Of a stretch of 64,000 nt of DNA, positions 39,036 to 48,478 are shown piece by piece; position 1 is the stretch's first letter; the number at the start of each line of letters is the position of its first letter. Location: the IMG/VR virus record IMGVR_UViG_3300029206_000002. One strand, 5' to 3'. The notes beneath the pieces were generated by a model that saw only the letters and a program-made list of their open reading frames with translations, did not search any database and had not been told where the DNA came from. The stretch comes from a virus. The position numbers and the translations under genes were made by a program.

Positions 39036-39851
39036 TTAATCCTCCATGTCGCTAATTACAGCTGACTCAGGAACTTCTGCCGAAGTATCCCAAACTACTT
39101 CATCTTCTTTATCTTGTTGTAGTTCAACTTCTTTAAATGTCTTAAGCCAATCTGCTACATTATTATTGTATGCTTGACTAATAAGTTTATCTAAGAATGC
39201 TTGTTCTACTTGTTTCTTTTCTTTTTCTGTCATAATATCTAATACTACAAATTCATAATTCTTTTTAAAACTATAACAATTATTCAATCTAGAACAATTG
39301 TATCTTCCAGAATTTACATCACTAGATCCATCATGCCAATGCCCATATAAATGATATTTACTCTTTCCAAAGGAGAAAACATCTAGAGCTTCATTACAAA
39401 ATGGATTATCATGTGTTAGTAGTATATCACACTGTGGTATATCTTCATAAGTATCAAATCTACTAAATGCCCATCTGTCCTCTTGAAATTCAATTGGTTT
39501 AATCCAAGGAGATCCGTAGAATTTAATACCTTCATATATATACATTTCATCTATAAGAAATACTAATTTGCCTTTAGATAAAACTTGCATATAATCTTTA
39601 AAAGAATTCCATTCATTTAATTTATACTTATATTCTAAGTAAAAATCATGATTACCTGGTATGACAACTACCTTCTTACAAGGTAATTTATCTATCCATT
39701 TTATGAATTTTGTTTCCCACCAATGTTTAGATGCTTCAATATTTCTTTGAGCATTTAATGTTACTATATCACCACATATACATAGTACATCACACTCGGG
39801 TATATTCTCAATGAGATTACCATGTATATCACTTATACCGCATATTTTCAT
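39036..39851 (-). CDS. Calcineurin-like metallophosphoesterase.
   Basis: It carries the motifs GISDIHG, CICGDIV and IPGNHD in the canonical order. Confidence 0.7.
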   Translation of the reverse strand: MKICGISDIHGNLIENIPECDVLCICGDIVTLNAQRNIEASKHWWETKFIKWIDKLPCKKVVVIPGNHDFYLEYKYKLNEWNSFKDYMQVLSKGKLVFLIDEMYIYEGIKFYGSPWIKPIEFQEDRWAFSRFDTYEDIPQCDILLTHDNPFCNEALDVFSFGKSKYHLYGHWHDGSSDVNSGRYNCSRLNNCYSFKKNYEFVVLDIMTEKEKKQVEQAFLDKLISQAYNNNVADWLKTFKEVELQQDKEDEVVWDTSAEVPESAVISDMED

Positions 39852-39897
39852 GTTTATATAAGTTAAAAGGCTAGAATATATCTAGCCTTATTTGTTC

Positions 39898-40776
39898 TCA
39901 CGCTGCATTACAACATTCACAATCGTCATATACATCATTACATTCGTCACAGTCATCACATTCATCATCGTATTCTACAGTATCACTAACTTTAGTTGGT
40001 ATGTTTTCAGTAGAGATATTCATAATGTTTATAATTTCCTGAAGGCTAATGTCTTCATCTTCTAGCATTTTGACTTCACTCATGAAAGAAACAATGTTAT
40101 CCATAGAAAGCAGTTTAATATTTTCTTTACAGAATTTTACCACTTCTTCTTTGTTCTTAATACCAAAATCATCAGCTATCATAGGTAAGAATGCAGCATT
40201 TTCATCAGGAGAATATCGACGTAAATAACGAACACGTGAACAACGATCTTGCATATACTGACTAACTTGGCTTAAGTCATTGCAAGTCATAATTACTAGT
40301 TTCTGTGCAGTCTTTTCAACTCCATCTAAGAAATCTAGCATATACTCAGTTTTGAAGTTCTTTTCAACTTCGTCAAACAAAACACATACTGGAGTAGTAA
40401 AGGACTTAAAAAACTTAATAAGTTTACCTTCTGGATAATCAGGATTAACTACAATAATAGGTAAACCTGATTCTTTAGCTAATATTTTTGCCATTACAGT
40501 CTTACCTGTACCTTTAGTACCAGCTAGCATTACACCAGTAGTATTTGTATTTGCTTTATTAAAATAGGTTATAATACGCTTCTTAAATACGTCATCAGTT
40601 TTAGTAGAATAGATTTTCTTTGGTAGATTTAATTCACCATTCTCCTTAAATATAGGTGAATCTTCCCATCTATTCCAACTCAGATCATATACTTTACCAG
40701 GTATCAAATCATAATCAGCACCTTTAGGTTTTGCAATTATCTGTTCTCCTATTTTAATAAATTCATTCTTTGCCAT
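39898..40776 (-). CDS. AAA+ ATPase with a Cys/Asp-rich C-terminal tail.
   Basis: Walker A GTKGTGKT and Walker B VLFDEVE. It ends in DDECDDCDECNDVYDDCECCNAA. Confidence 0.65.
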   Translation of the reverse strand: MAKNEFIKIGEQIIAKPKGADYDLIPGKVYDLSWNRWEDSPIFKENGELNLPKKIYSTKTDDVFKKRIITYFNKANTNTTGVMLAGTKGTGKTVMAKILAKESGLPIIVVNPDYPEGKLIKFFKSFTTPVCVLFDEVEKNFKTEYMLDFLDGVEKTAQKLVIMTCNDLSQVSQYMQDRCSRVRYLRRYSPDENAAFLPMIADDFGIKNKEEVVKFCKENIKLLSMDNIVSFMSEVKMLEDEDISLQEIINIMNISTENIPTKVSDTVEYDDECDDCDECNDVYDDCECCNAA

Positions 40777-40787
40777 AATCTGAAAAT

Positions 40788-41168
40788 TTAAGATTTTAAT
40801 TTGTTGATTAATTCATCAACTTGTTTTTTATTCTTTACTAAGTAAAACTTAGTATCTGGTTCATTCAAGCTTAAATAATACTTGAATAGTTTTTCTCTGT
40901 TTGCCCAAGAATCTGTAGCAAATCCTTTGCATTCTATAACAAAACCATCTCCTACAAAATCTGGTAAATAAGTAATAGCTCTAACTGTAGAGTTATTATA
41001 TATAAACTTAGGAAGTAAAGTATATCTATGCTGTTCATATTCAGCTGATATACCTGCTTCCTTTAGTTTCTAATATGTATAAGCTTCTAATTTAGATCGA
41101 AATACTATTCCATCTATTTCTTGTTTAGTAGCATTACGCACTTTCTTGTTTAAGACTTGTTTTAGCAT
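40788..41168 (-). CDS. Small PD-(D/E)xK nuclease (VRR-NUC/resolvase-like) with one in-frame TAG. Minus-strand coordinates of the TAG are 41072..41070.
   Basis: Eye translation gives MLKQVLNKKVRNATKQEIDGIVFRSKLEAYTY-TAG-KLKEAGISAEYEQHRYTLLPKFIYNNSTVRAITYLPDFVGDGFVIECKGFATDSWANREKLFKYYLSLNEPDTKFYLVKNKKQVDELINKLKS. The PD...ExK core is intact. The ORF track missed it because of the TAG. Confidence 0.5.
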
Positions 41169-41472
41169 AATTAATATAATGTTGCATACTATCACTAGTT
41201 ATTTTAAACGTTTCAATTCTTTCAGAAAAATTACCATTTTCATCTGTAAATCCTACTGAATGTAAGAAAGAATAATCTTTATTATGTTTAAAAGCTTTAA
41301 ACATTTCTTTAATTGAATTTACTATAAACTTACGTTTTTTATTCCATTCAGTAAATTCTCCATGCAACAATACACTCACTAATTTGATTGGAATTAATAA
41401 TAACTTTCCAAGTATTAGAGCTAAATCAAAAGGTAATGCTATTACTTTACCTATAGTTTTTAATAGTTTCAT
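41134..41472 (-). CDS. Small membrane protein of 112 aa.
   Basis: Intact ORF with an N-terminal hydrophobic helix. Confidence 0.45.
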   Translation of the reverse strand: MKLLKTIGKVIALPFDLALILGKLLLIPIKLVSVLLHGEFTEWNKKRKFIVNSIKEMFKAFKHNKDYSFLHSVGFTDENGNFSERIETFKITSDSMQHYINYAKTSLKQESA

Positions 41473-42427
41473 TTAACCAATTTTTTATTTCTTCAAAGCT
41501 ATTTGCTTTAACAGCATCAGATACATCTTTAGCTTTGAATTTTTTGTTAATAAACATTGCTTCTAAGCCTGTTTCTCGGCTTAATTTGCGACTTCTTTTT
41601 ACTCCAGCTACATCTCTATCAAAAAGTATTATAATACGCTTAAAACGCGTCTTAAGTTGCTCTAATACGTCTTTAGGTAGAAATGTACTCTCTGAAGATG
41701 GAGAAACTGCTGGTATACCCATCTCATGCAAACACATAACATCTTTCATGGACTTTGTGATAAATAATATATCACCTTTCTGAGGCAACTGCTCATAGCC
41801 TTGGATATCATAGTCTGTAAGATTGTTTCTCCATTTAGTATATTTATCTGCTAATGGTCTATATATCTTAAAGTTATTATAGACCTTATATGCATACATT
41901 GGATTTTCTCGTTTATAAGTACCCTTTACTATGCCATTACATAAATAATATTTAATACTATTTACATTGAATTTCTTTAGAGTATTTATAGAAATATTGA
42001 ACTGTTTCCAGTAATTGATATCTACATCAGTAAATTCTTGACGTACTACACCAATTACTGTTTCAGTTGGCGGTATATATTGCTTAGAGCTAACGAGTTT
42101 AGTGTTATTAGTAATGTTTAACTTATCTACTATATCAGATAGTATATCATTATATTCTGTCTTACCAGTAAATAATGATACAAATTTAATTACATTACCA
42201 CATTCACCTGTTCCATGATCTTTAAAAAGTAGTTGTTTAGTACGTTTACTATAGTAAATACCAAAGGATGGATTTTTATCCTTCCTAAATGGACTATTGT
42301 ATATCATACCTACTTTAAATTGACCTATATATTTTGCATATATATCATATTCTGTTACTTTAGAAAGTATCCAATCTAGAGTAATGTTATCTGGGAGTTT
42401 TGCTCGCTTTCTACTATACATATGCAA
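41447..42427 (-). CDS. DnaG-like DNA primase with a zinc-ribbon and a TOPRIM domain.
   Basis: NSPFRKDKNPSFGIY...GECGNVIKF resembles the primase zinc-binding region. IIILFDRDVAGVKRSRK resembles a TOPRIM DxD motif. Confidence 0.6.
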   Translation of the reverse strand: MHMYSRKRAKLPDNITLDWILSKVTEYDIYAKYIGQFKVGMIYNSPFRKDKNPSFGIYYSKRTKQLLFKDHGTGECGNVIKFVSLFTGKTEYNDILSDIVDKLNITNNTKLVSSKQYIPPTETVIGVVRQEFTDVDINYWKQFNISINTLKKFNVNSIKYYLCNGIVKGTYKRENPMYAYKVYNNFKIYRPLADKYTKWRNNLTDYDIQGYEQLPQKGDILFITKSMKDVMCLHEMGIPAVSPSSESTFLPKDVLEQLKTRFKRIIILFDRDVAGVKRSRKLSRETGLEAMFINKKFKAKDVSDAVKANSFEEIKNWLNETIKNYR

Positions 42428-42440
42428 TCTGTTTTAGTTT

Positions 42441-42530
42441 GCTACTAGTCGTGGAATCGAACCACGCCTATCCAGAGATAGATTTTTATTTCTGCTGTGC
42501 AGGCTCACGCTTCCATAAATTATCTAATAT
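42441..42530 (-). ncRNA. tRNA-like element with a canonical T-arm (GGCGTGG TTCGATT CCACG) and a 3' acceptor strand. The 5' half cannot be folded by eye.
   Basis: Minus-strand T-loop TTCGATT with a 5-bp stem. A potential aTCTAtc loop (CTA) lies upstream but has no pairing stem. Intergenic between minus-strand genes. Confidence 0.35.
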
Positions 42531-42584
42531 CCTTAAATTGATAGTGCCATATAGGATTGTAACAGATCCTCCTAGTAGTTGAAA

Positions 42585-43382
42585 CTATTCTTCTTTATTA
42601 AATAGTTTCGATATTCTCTTTATAGTTCGTTCTGCATCTTCATCAGTTAAAGCTTCACCTGTCTGAATGTAGATATCAGAAGTTGTTTCTTTCTTCATTG
42701 GTCTAACTGAATGTCCGTATCCCCAATTCATTTTAAATTTAGCATTCCAGAATTTAAACATCCAGTATCTAAAGAACCAAGGAGATATTGCTGTAAGTAT
42801 TTGTCCTTTGATTAAAGGATCTTCAAACTTTTTAATTATAACTTCAACTCCAAGAAATCCTATAGGTTCTCCGTTAAAATAACCAGGATCTTCATTATCT
42901 GCATATGCAGATATTTGAACACGATATCCTTGGGATTCTAGCATATCTATTATTCTCATAGCAGTATATGCACGAATCATAAGATTTTTAGCTGAACACC
43001 AGCAATTCTCACATATAGAAATATGAAGTTTAACGAACTTACCAGTACCTATACCATGTGTAGGTATTCTTTTCTTTAGGCAAGGTAGACCTTCTATGTA
43101 CCGATCAAAGTTCATATCATCTCCATCAGAATCATCGTACTTATATTTATGTTTACGACCTCCTAGATTTATATCCTTTTCTATTTTCTTTAGATTATCT
43201 AAACCTTTGGTATAACTATATTTAGAATCATGTATTTCTGCTGTAGATAATCCTCTAAAACCAGGGTCATCGTGATTTTCAATATTATCTATTTCAGCAG
43301 GATTACCTCCTTCAATATTGTCACATTCTCTGTAAAATTCATCTAATGAATTTATATTAATGTTTAAATTCAGTTTTTTCAT
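42585..43382 (-). CDS. Hypothetical protein of 265 aa.
   Basis: Intact ORF. Confidence 0.5.
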   Translation of the reverse strand: MKKLNLNININSLDEFYRECDNIEGGNPAEIDNIENHDDPGFRGLSTAEIHDSKYSYTKGLDNLKKIEKDINLGGRKHKYKYDDSDGDDMNFDRYIEGLPCLKKRIPTHGIGTGKFVKLHISICENCWCSAKNLMIRAYTAMRIIDMLESQGYRVQISAYADNEDPGYFNGEPIGFLGVEVIIKKFEDPLIKGQILTAISPWFFRYWMFKFWNAKFKMNWGYGHSVRPMKKETTSDIYIQTGEALTDEDAERTIKRISKLFNKEE

Positions 43383-44761
43383 TACGCTGCCGTTTTAAAT
43401 TTTGTTGTTGCAGTAGAATTTAAAAAATCTTTACGTATAGATTCAATTATTGAAGCAGTACTTTGTTTAGTTTTATTTTCTTCTACTTTTTGAATATATT
43501 GTTTTACTATATTCTTTTCAGTATCAGACCAGTTAATAATAAGCATATCTTTCCAGTCTAACATACCTACTTTCTTCATCTTTTCTGCTGCTTGAATCAT
43601 ACGAGTAGATGCAATACGACGTAATGAATTTGTTTTAATGCAATTACGTAGTAAATAAATATAATCTACTACTTCTTGATCAAATTGTGACTCATATTTA
43701 ACAGAGTAATTTACTTCAATTATTGCTCCAGTAAAACGGTCAATTGTTGAAGCATCTAGTTGGTTATTAGCAACATACTGACGGTCTGCTCCATTACCAA
43801 AAGTATTTGATGTAGCAATAATAATACATTCAGGATGTCGTAAGACAGTACCTGTAGTAGTCTCTATTTCACCGTTTGCTAATGCTGCATTAATAACCTG
43901 TGCTACAGATGGATCGAGCGCAGTCATCTCATCTATAAGGATTATTGACTTCTTAGCATAGAATTCAGCAAACTTAGTTGCTTCACGAGTAGGATATTTA
44001 TATCCTGTAAATTCTGTTGCAGAAGTACCAATACCACAAGAAATACATAAGTAAGGAATATCTAGTTCTTTAGCTGTATTACGAGCTATAGTTGATTTGC
44101 CACAACCAGCTGGACCAACCATCCAGATGTTATTCATACCTGCTTTAATTAAACTTTTAAGCTTGTCTTCTGGTTCTAGTGAACTAAATGAGAATTGAAT
44201 TTTCTTTAATTCTTCTTTTTCCTTTTCTTTTTCCTCTTTCTTTTTAAATTCTTCTTTTAATTTGTTAAGCAATTCTTTGATTTCTGTTTTGCTTCCAAAT
44301 TGTTCTAGTGATTTTTTCTCTATTTGTTTCTTTTTTTTGAGATCTGTTATATTAGCTATTTTAATAGCTCCACTACACACTTTGTACTCTTGTCCAGTAC
44401 AATTTGTAATAGTATATTCTCGAGATTGTCCTCTCTTTCCTTTTACTTCTGAAGTTAATACTAAGAAAATACCTTGTTGTGCTTGTTGTTTTCCTTTAGA
44501 ATTATTATATTTTATACTACCATAAAATCTATTTCCAGGCTTTAAATCATGAACATCTGTATTATGATTAACTAAGGTGCTATCTTCATATATATTGTCT
44601 TCTTGATTTTCAATTTGTTCATCATGCTCTGTAGCTTCAGATGCATCAGTATCTTGAGTTTCTGTAGTTAAATCTTTAGGATCTTTTAGCTTCTGTTCTT
44701 TTGCACTAGACTTTGCAGGTTGATCTTTTTCTATATCTTGAATATGTTCTATTTCTACCAT
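43382..44761 (-). CDS. AAA-type ATPase with a long acidic N-terminal region.
   Basis: Walker A GPAGCGKST and Walker B IILIDEM. Confidence 0.6.
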   Translation of the reverse strand: MVEIEHIQDIEKDQPAKSSAKEQKLKDPKDLTTETQDTDASEATEHDEQIENQEDNIYEDSTLVNHNTDVHDLKPGNRFYGSIKYNNSKGKQQAQQGIFLVLTSEVKGKRGQSREYTITNCTGQEYKVCSGAIKIANITDLKKKKQIEKKSLEQFGSKTEIKELLNKLKEEFKKKEEKEKEKEELKKIQFSFSSLEPEDKLKSLIKAGMNNIWMVGPAGCGKSTIARNTAKELDIPYLCISCGIGTSATEFTGYKYPTREATKFAEFYAKKSIILIDEMTALDPSVAQVINAALANGEIETTTGTVLRHPECIIIATSNTFGNGADRQYVANNQLDASTIDRFTGAIIEVNYSVKYESQFDQEVVDYIYLLRNCIKTNSLRRIASTRMIQAAEKMKKVGMLDWKDMLIINWSDTEKNIVKQYIQKVEENKTKQSTASIIESIRKDFLNSTATTKFKTAA

Positions 44762-44841
44762 GATGATTTGTTTTAATGATTAAAAAAGAATAAGGGTAGC
44801 TTTTACACTACCCTTATTTATTAATAATGATCTACTTTATA

Positions 44842-45462
44842 TTAAAATGGTAGATCGTCTGTTTTATCTGTAAAAGCTTGTGTATTAGTAGTAGATGAAG
44901 TTGCACTAAACGGGTTATCGTTTTTTACTTCTTTATCTGCTACAACAGGCTTTGTAAATTGGTCAATATTTAGCATAGTAATAGAAGATGATTGACCTTC
45001 TGGCAATTCCATAGGCTCAATAAAAGTATACTTAGCATAATTAGGCAAAGTAGTATATCCTTTATCATTATATACTATTTTCGCTCTAAGTTTTTTACTC
45101 TTATCTACTTTGTTTAGCATATCAGTAATCCACTGAGCAAACTGTTCAAAGCTTTCTCCATTAAAGTCAAGCTCTTCATCTTTATAGTAACAATTAAGTA
45201 TCTGCAACATACGAGAATACTGCTTATCTATTTTTGTTTGAAGCTGTTCTTCCGTAGTTACAAATCCACCAAGTGTAGGTTTCCATTCTGTATGAGTTAA
45301 TGTTGCTCCATCTTTCTCAAAAACAATTTCTAAGAATTGATTACCATTAGGAGAAACCTCTGTTTTTACACTCTTCAATACTACATTTTCAATAATACCA
45401 GCGGGAATATACTTAATATCACTTTTGCTAATACTTGCTGCACGTTCTTTACTATATGTCAT
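44842..45462 (-). CDS. ssb: Single-stranded DNA-binding protein.
   Basis: 206 aa with the C-terminal acidic tip TDDLPF, matching the SSB DDDIPF tail. Confidence 0.55.
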   Translation of the reverse strand: MTYSKERAASISKSDIKYIPAGIIENVVLKSVKTEVSPNGNQFLEIVFEKDGATLTHTEWKPTLGGFVTTEEQLQTKIDKQYSRMLQILNCYYKDEELDFNGESFEQFAQWITDMLNKVDKSKKLRAKIVYNDKGYTTLPNYAKYTFIEPMELPEGQSSSITMLNIDQFTKPVVADKEVKNDNPFSATSSTTNTQAFTDKTDDLPF

Positions 45463-45488
45463 AATTTCAATATTTTTAAGTTTTTAAA

Positions 45489-46256
45489 TCAGGCTGCACA
45501 CTCGTCTAAATAAATTTTATCCCAGTGAACTTTAATATCATTATTTTCATCGCTTTCTGCGATAACTATCTTCTTACCTCGTAAGTGAGGAGCTCTAGCT
45601 TCTCTTACTGAATTATCTCCACCTTCAAAAGATATAATAGTTTCATTCTTTTTACGATAGACATAACCAACAGCATCTGCTTCACCACATACTATATCAC
45701 CTAGTTTTCCTACTAAATCTAGTGCCATTTCTGATAATTCTTCTCCTTCTTTATTAATCATTTTTTCTTTAGTATGACCAATAAGAATAAAATTATCACA
45801 TAGATTACGAAACATATCTATTACTTTTCTAACTGCCATGCGAAGATACATATATCCACTACCATTTGGTAATGTACGTATATCATCTCCATTATAGGAT
45901 TTACCCATTGGAGTTTGACGATATAATACCTTAGCATAACCTAGACACATTTCTTCTAATCTAGTAGCATTATCTATAGCAATATATTTGTAAGGTTTGT
46001 TACCAGTTTTAGCTGCTTCTTCACCAATTGCTCTAGATATATTACCTAAGTCTTCAATAGTACGAGCTTGAATAGAGAGAGCTTCTAGAAATTCTGAACC
46101 TCCCTCTAAGTCTATAATAAGACAGTTATCAAGCTTTGATAATAAAGTAGTTTTACCTGATTTAGGTCGACCAAACAAGATTAAGAATCTTGGATTGTTA
46201 ACCTTTGGTTTGTTTTTCTCTTTTGGTAGTATTAACATATTAAAATAGGTTAACAC
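45489..46256 (-). CDS. RecA-fold ATPase, Sak4/AAA_24-like recombination or replication protein.
   Basis: Walker A FGRPKSGKTT near the N-terminus, a short IIDLEGG motif, and a size of about 255 aa. Confidence 0.5.
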   Translation of the reverse strand: MLTYFNMLILPKEKNKPKVNNPRFLILFGRPKSGKTTLLSKLDNCLIIDLEGGSEFLEALSIQARTIEDLGNISRAIGEEAAKTGNKPYKYIAIDNATRLEEMCLGYAKVLYRQTPMGKSYNGDDIRTLPNGSGYMYLRMAVRKVIDMFRNLCDNFILIGHTKEKMINKEGEELSEMALDLVGKLGDIVCGEADAVGYVYRKKNETIISFEGGDNSVREARAPHLRGKKIVIAESDENNDIKVHWDKIYLDECAA

Positions 46257-46321
46257 TTTACCTGTGAGATTCTGAAATTATCTGACAAAAACTGAAATTT
46301 TACACAATGTAAAGTTATTCG

Positions 46322-46900
46322 TTATTCATTGTTGAGAATATTGTTAACAGTAGTACTGTTACTAATATTAATAATAACATTTACTATATTATTTTTATCT
46401 GCTTTACGATAGTTATTCAAAAACAGACTAGGATTATCAATAGGAATGATTGTATAACCAATCTGAATAAACTTCTGGTAAATACGTACAGGTTGACCCA
46501 TGTAAGTAAAATCGTAACCACGATCTTCTTCATAGTCTTCCATGATTTTAGCATATTCTGCTAGTCGTTTCAATGCTAAATCAAATTCTGAAATAGCATC
46601 ATATTGACGCAATTTAAATGCTCGATTTGCGAACGGACATGTAAGTGAATTATCATATGAACATGTCGGTCGATAATATTTTTTATTGAATGCAGAGAAA
46701 TGTGCATTTCGATTGCATCCAAAACATAGCAAGTCTTCAGGACCTGCATATGATACACTGTATTCCGGATCTTCCGGAGTGTGAATTCCATACCATTTAG
46801 CAAACGGTAAGCGGTTTTTAACTTCGTTTAATATACGATTTTTCAAAGAACCCTGAGGGTCAATATTTTGTTTCGGAAGTTTAATTGTAAAACCTTTCAT
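46322..46900 (-). CDS. Hypothetical Cys-containing protein of 192 aa.
   Basis: Intact ORF with CFGCN...C...C. Confidence 0.4.
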   Translation of the reverse strand: MKGFTIKLPKQNIDPQGSLKNRILNEVKNRLPFAKWYGIHTPEDPEYSVSYAGPEDLLCFGCNRNAHFSAFNKKYYRPTCSYDNSLTCPFANRAFKLRQYDAISEFDLALKRLAEYAKIMEDYEEDRGYDFTYMGQPVRIYQKFIQIGYTIIPIDNPSLFLNNYRKADKNNIVNVIINISNSTTVNNILNNE

Positions 46901-46902
46901 AA

Positions 46903-47886
46903 TCAGCCTTTTTTAATTTGTTTAAATACTACTTTTTGTTCTTCAGCACTTGCAGTATTTGTTTCAATTAGATTGCCATATTGAAGTTCGTTTTCAAATT
47001 CTAATATACAGGGTTCACCATCTCTTACTTTTAAGAAATGCATATAAACCTTATTTTTTACAGGTAGACGACGTACTCCATATATAGCTAGATTAAGTAT
47101 CTCTGGTCTGTGAACAGCAATAACAAAATCACTAGCTTGAAATATTGCATCAGATGCTGATAAATCACTTCTCATTGGAAAGTGAGTGCTTGGATTATTA
47201 ATTCTATCAGGACTTTCAATATTACGATTCATCTGTGAAAGCTGTATTATACTAGTATTAGAAAGTTTTTTCTTCTGTATAAACATTTTCTGTAAATCGA
47301 CTATTGTACTTCTTTCTCCACCTTCTCCATTTACTAAGAGAACATGGTCTAATACTACTATTAGCCAACGACCGTTAGCTACAGTATTATGAAAGTAATC
47401 TATAGTATTACCTATTTCTTCTACATTACATACTTTATCAACAAAGTATATATTGTATTTCTTAATGGTTTCAGCTGCCGATTCAGCTTTTAATAAGTCT
47501 TCATCACTAAGTGTTTCTACTGAACTATATAATTCAGATACAGTTTTCTTAGTTTTATTACTTATTACACGACCAACATTTCTGTAGTCTACCATTTCTA
47601 AACTAAAGTATAATACTACGATATCCTGATTAGGATTAAGATCAATCAAATCCATTACTAACATATTTGCAACTGAGCTCTTACCACTACCTGATATACC
47701 AGCTATAGTAAATATCATATTTGGTTCAATTCCACCAGTGGCTTTATTGAACTTATCCCATCTGGTTTTTAATGATACTATACTATGATTTTTTCTAGCT
47801 TTAATGTAGTTTATGGATTTATTTGCTACCTGAGATATTGACTCAAAAGGTAGTATTTTAACGGCATTCTGTTCCGTATTCTCCAT
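46903..47886 (-). CDS. DnaB-like replicative helicase (RecA-fold C-terminal domain).
   Basis: Walker A AGISGSGKSS and Walker B LIVVLDH. Confidence 0.6.
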   Translation of the reverse strand: MENTEQNAVKILPFESISQVANKSINYIKARKNHSIVSLKTRWDKFNKATGGIEPNMIFTIAGISGSGKSSVANMLVMDLIDLNPNQDIVVLYFSLEMVDYRNVGRVISNKTKKTVSELYSSVETLSDEDLLKAESAAETIKKYNIYFVDKVCNVEEIGNTIDYFHNTVANGRWLIVVLDHVLLVNGEGGERSTIVDLQKMFIQKKKLSNTSIIQLSQMNRNIESPDRINNPSTHFPMRSDLSASDAIFQASDFVIAVHRPEILNLAIYGVRRLPVKNKVYMHFLKVRDGEPCILEFENELQYGNLIETNTASAEEQKVVFKQIKKG

Positions 47887-48430
47887 AACTTACAGGTGTT
47901 TCAGATTCATAACTCATTTGCTCTTCAATAACCTCCCACTCATGTTGAGTGAGCCATTTCCACATCGTCTTCATATAACCTATTTTACCAGTTATCATTT
48001 TGTTTTCAATTTCATATTGAAGACATTGAAGAAGGTGTTCGTGCATTGCTCTAGATTTACCTACGATACGGTTATATTCTTTACGACATTTATTTATATT
48101 AGATCGTAAAAAACCTTTAGTACCATCTGGTCTTAAAACATACACTGGAAATACTTCATAGAACTCATCAAACCATGTCTTATCTTGTTTTGTACTTGAC
48201 AATAGCTTTTCTGTAGGACTATAAATTTTATTATCTCCTGAAGTAGTAAAGGAGATAAGGTCATTGTCGATTAACTCTTGTATGTCGTTTTCACTTATTC
48301 GGCTGAGAAACTTGTGAACGTCTTGATTATTACTTTGATTATCATTCAACACAAGAGTTAAAAATACTAACTGATTAATTGATATTTCTCCAAAAATATC
48401 TAATAATGTTGTATCTAATTCTAGTATCAT
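47858..48430 (-). CDS. Hypothetical protein of 190 aa.
   Basis: Intact ORF. Confidence 0.45.
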   Translation of the reverse strand: MILELDTTLLDIFGEISINQLVFLTLVLNDNQSNNQDVHKFLSRISENDIQELIDNDLISFTTSGDNKIYSPTEKLLSSTKQDKTWFDEFYEVFPVYVLRPDGTKGFLRSNINKCRKEYNRIVGKSRAMHEHLLQCLQYEIENKMITGKIGYMKTMWKWLTQHEWEVIEEQMSYESETPVSYGEYGTECR

Positions 48431-48478
48431 AATATAGTACTTTATGAACTAACTTTTGATACAATCTGGAAATATTTG

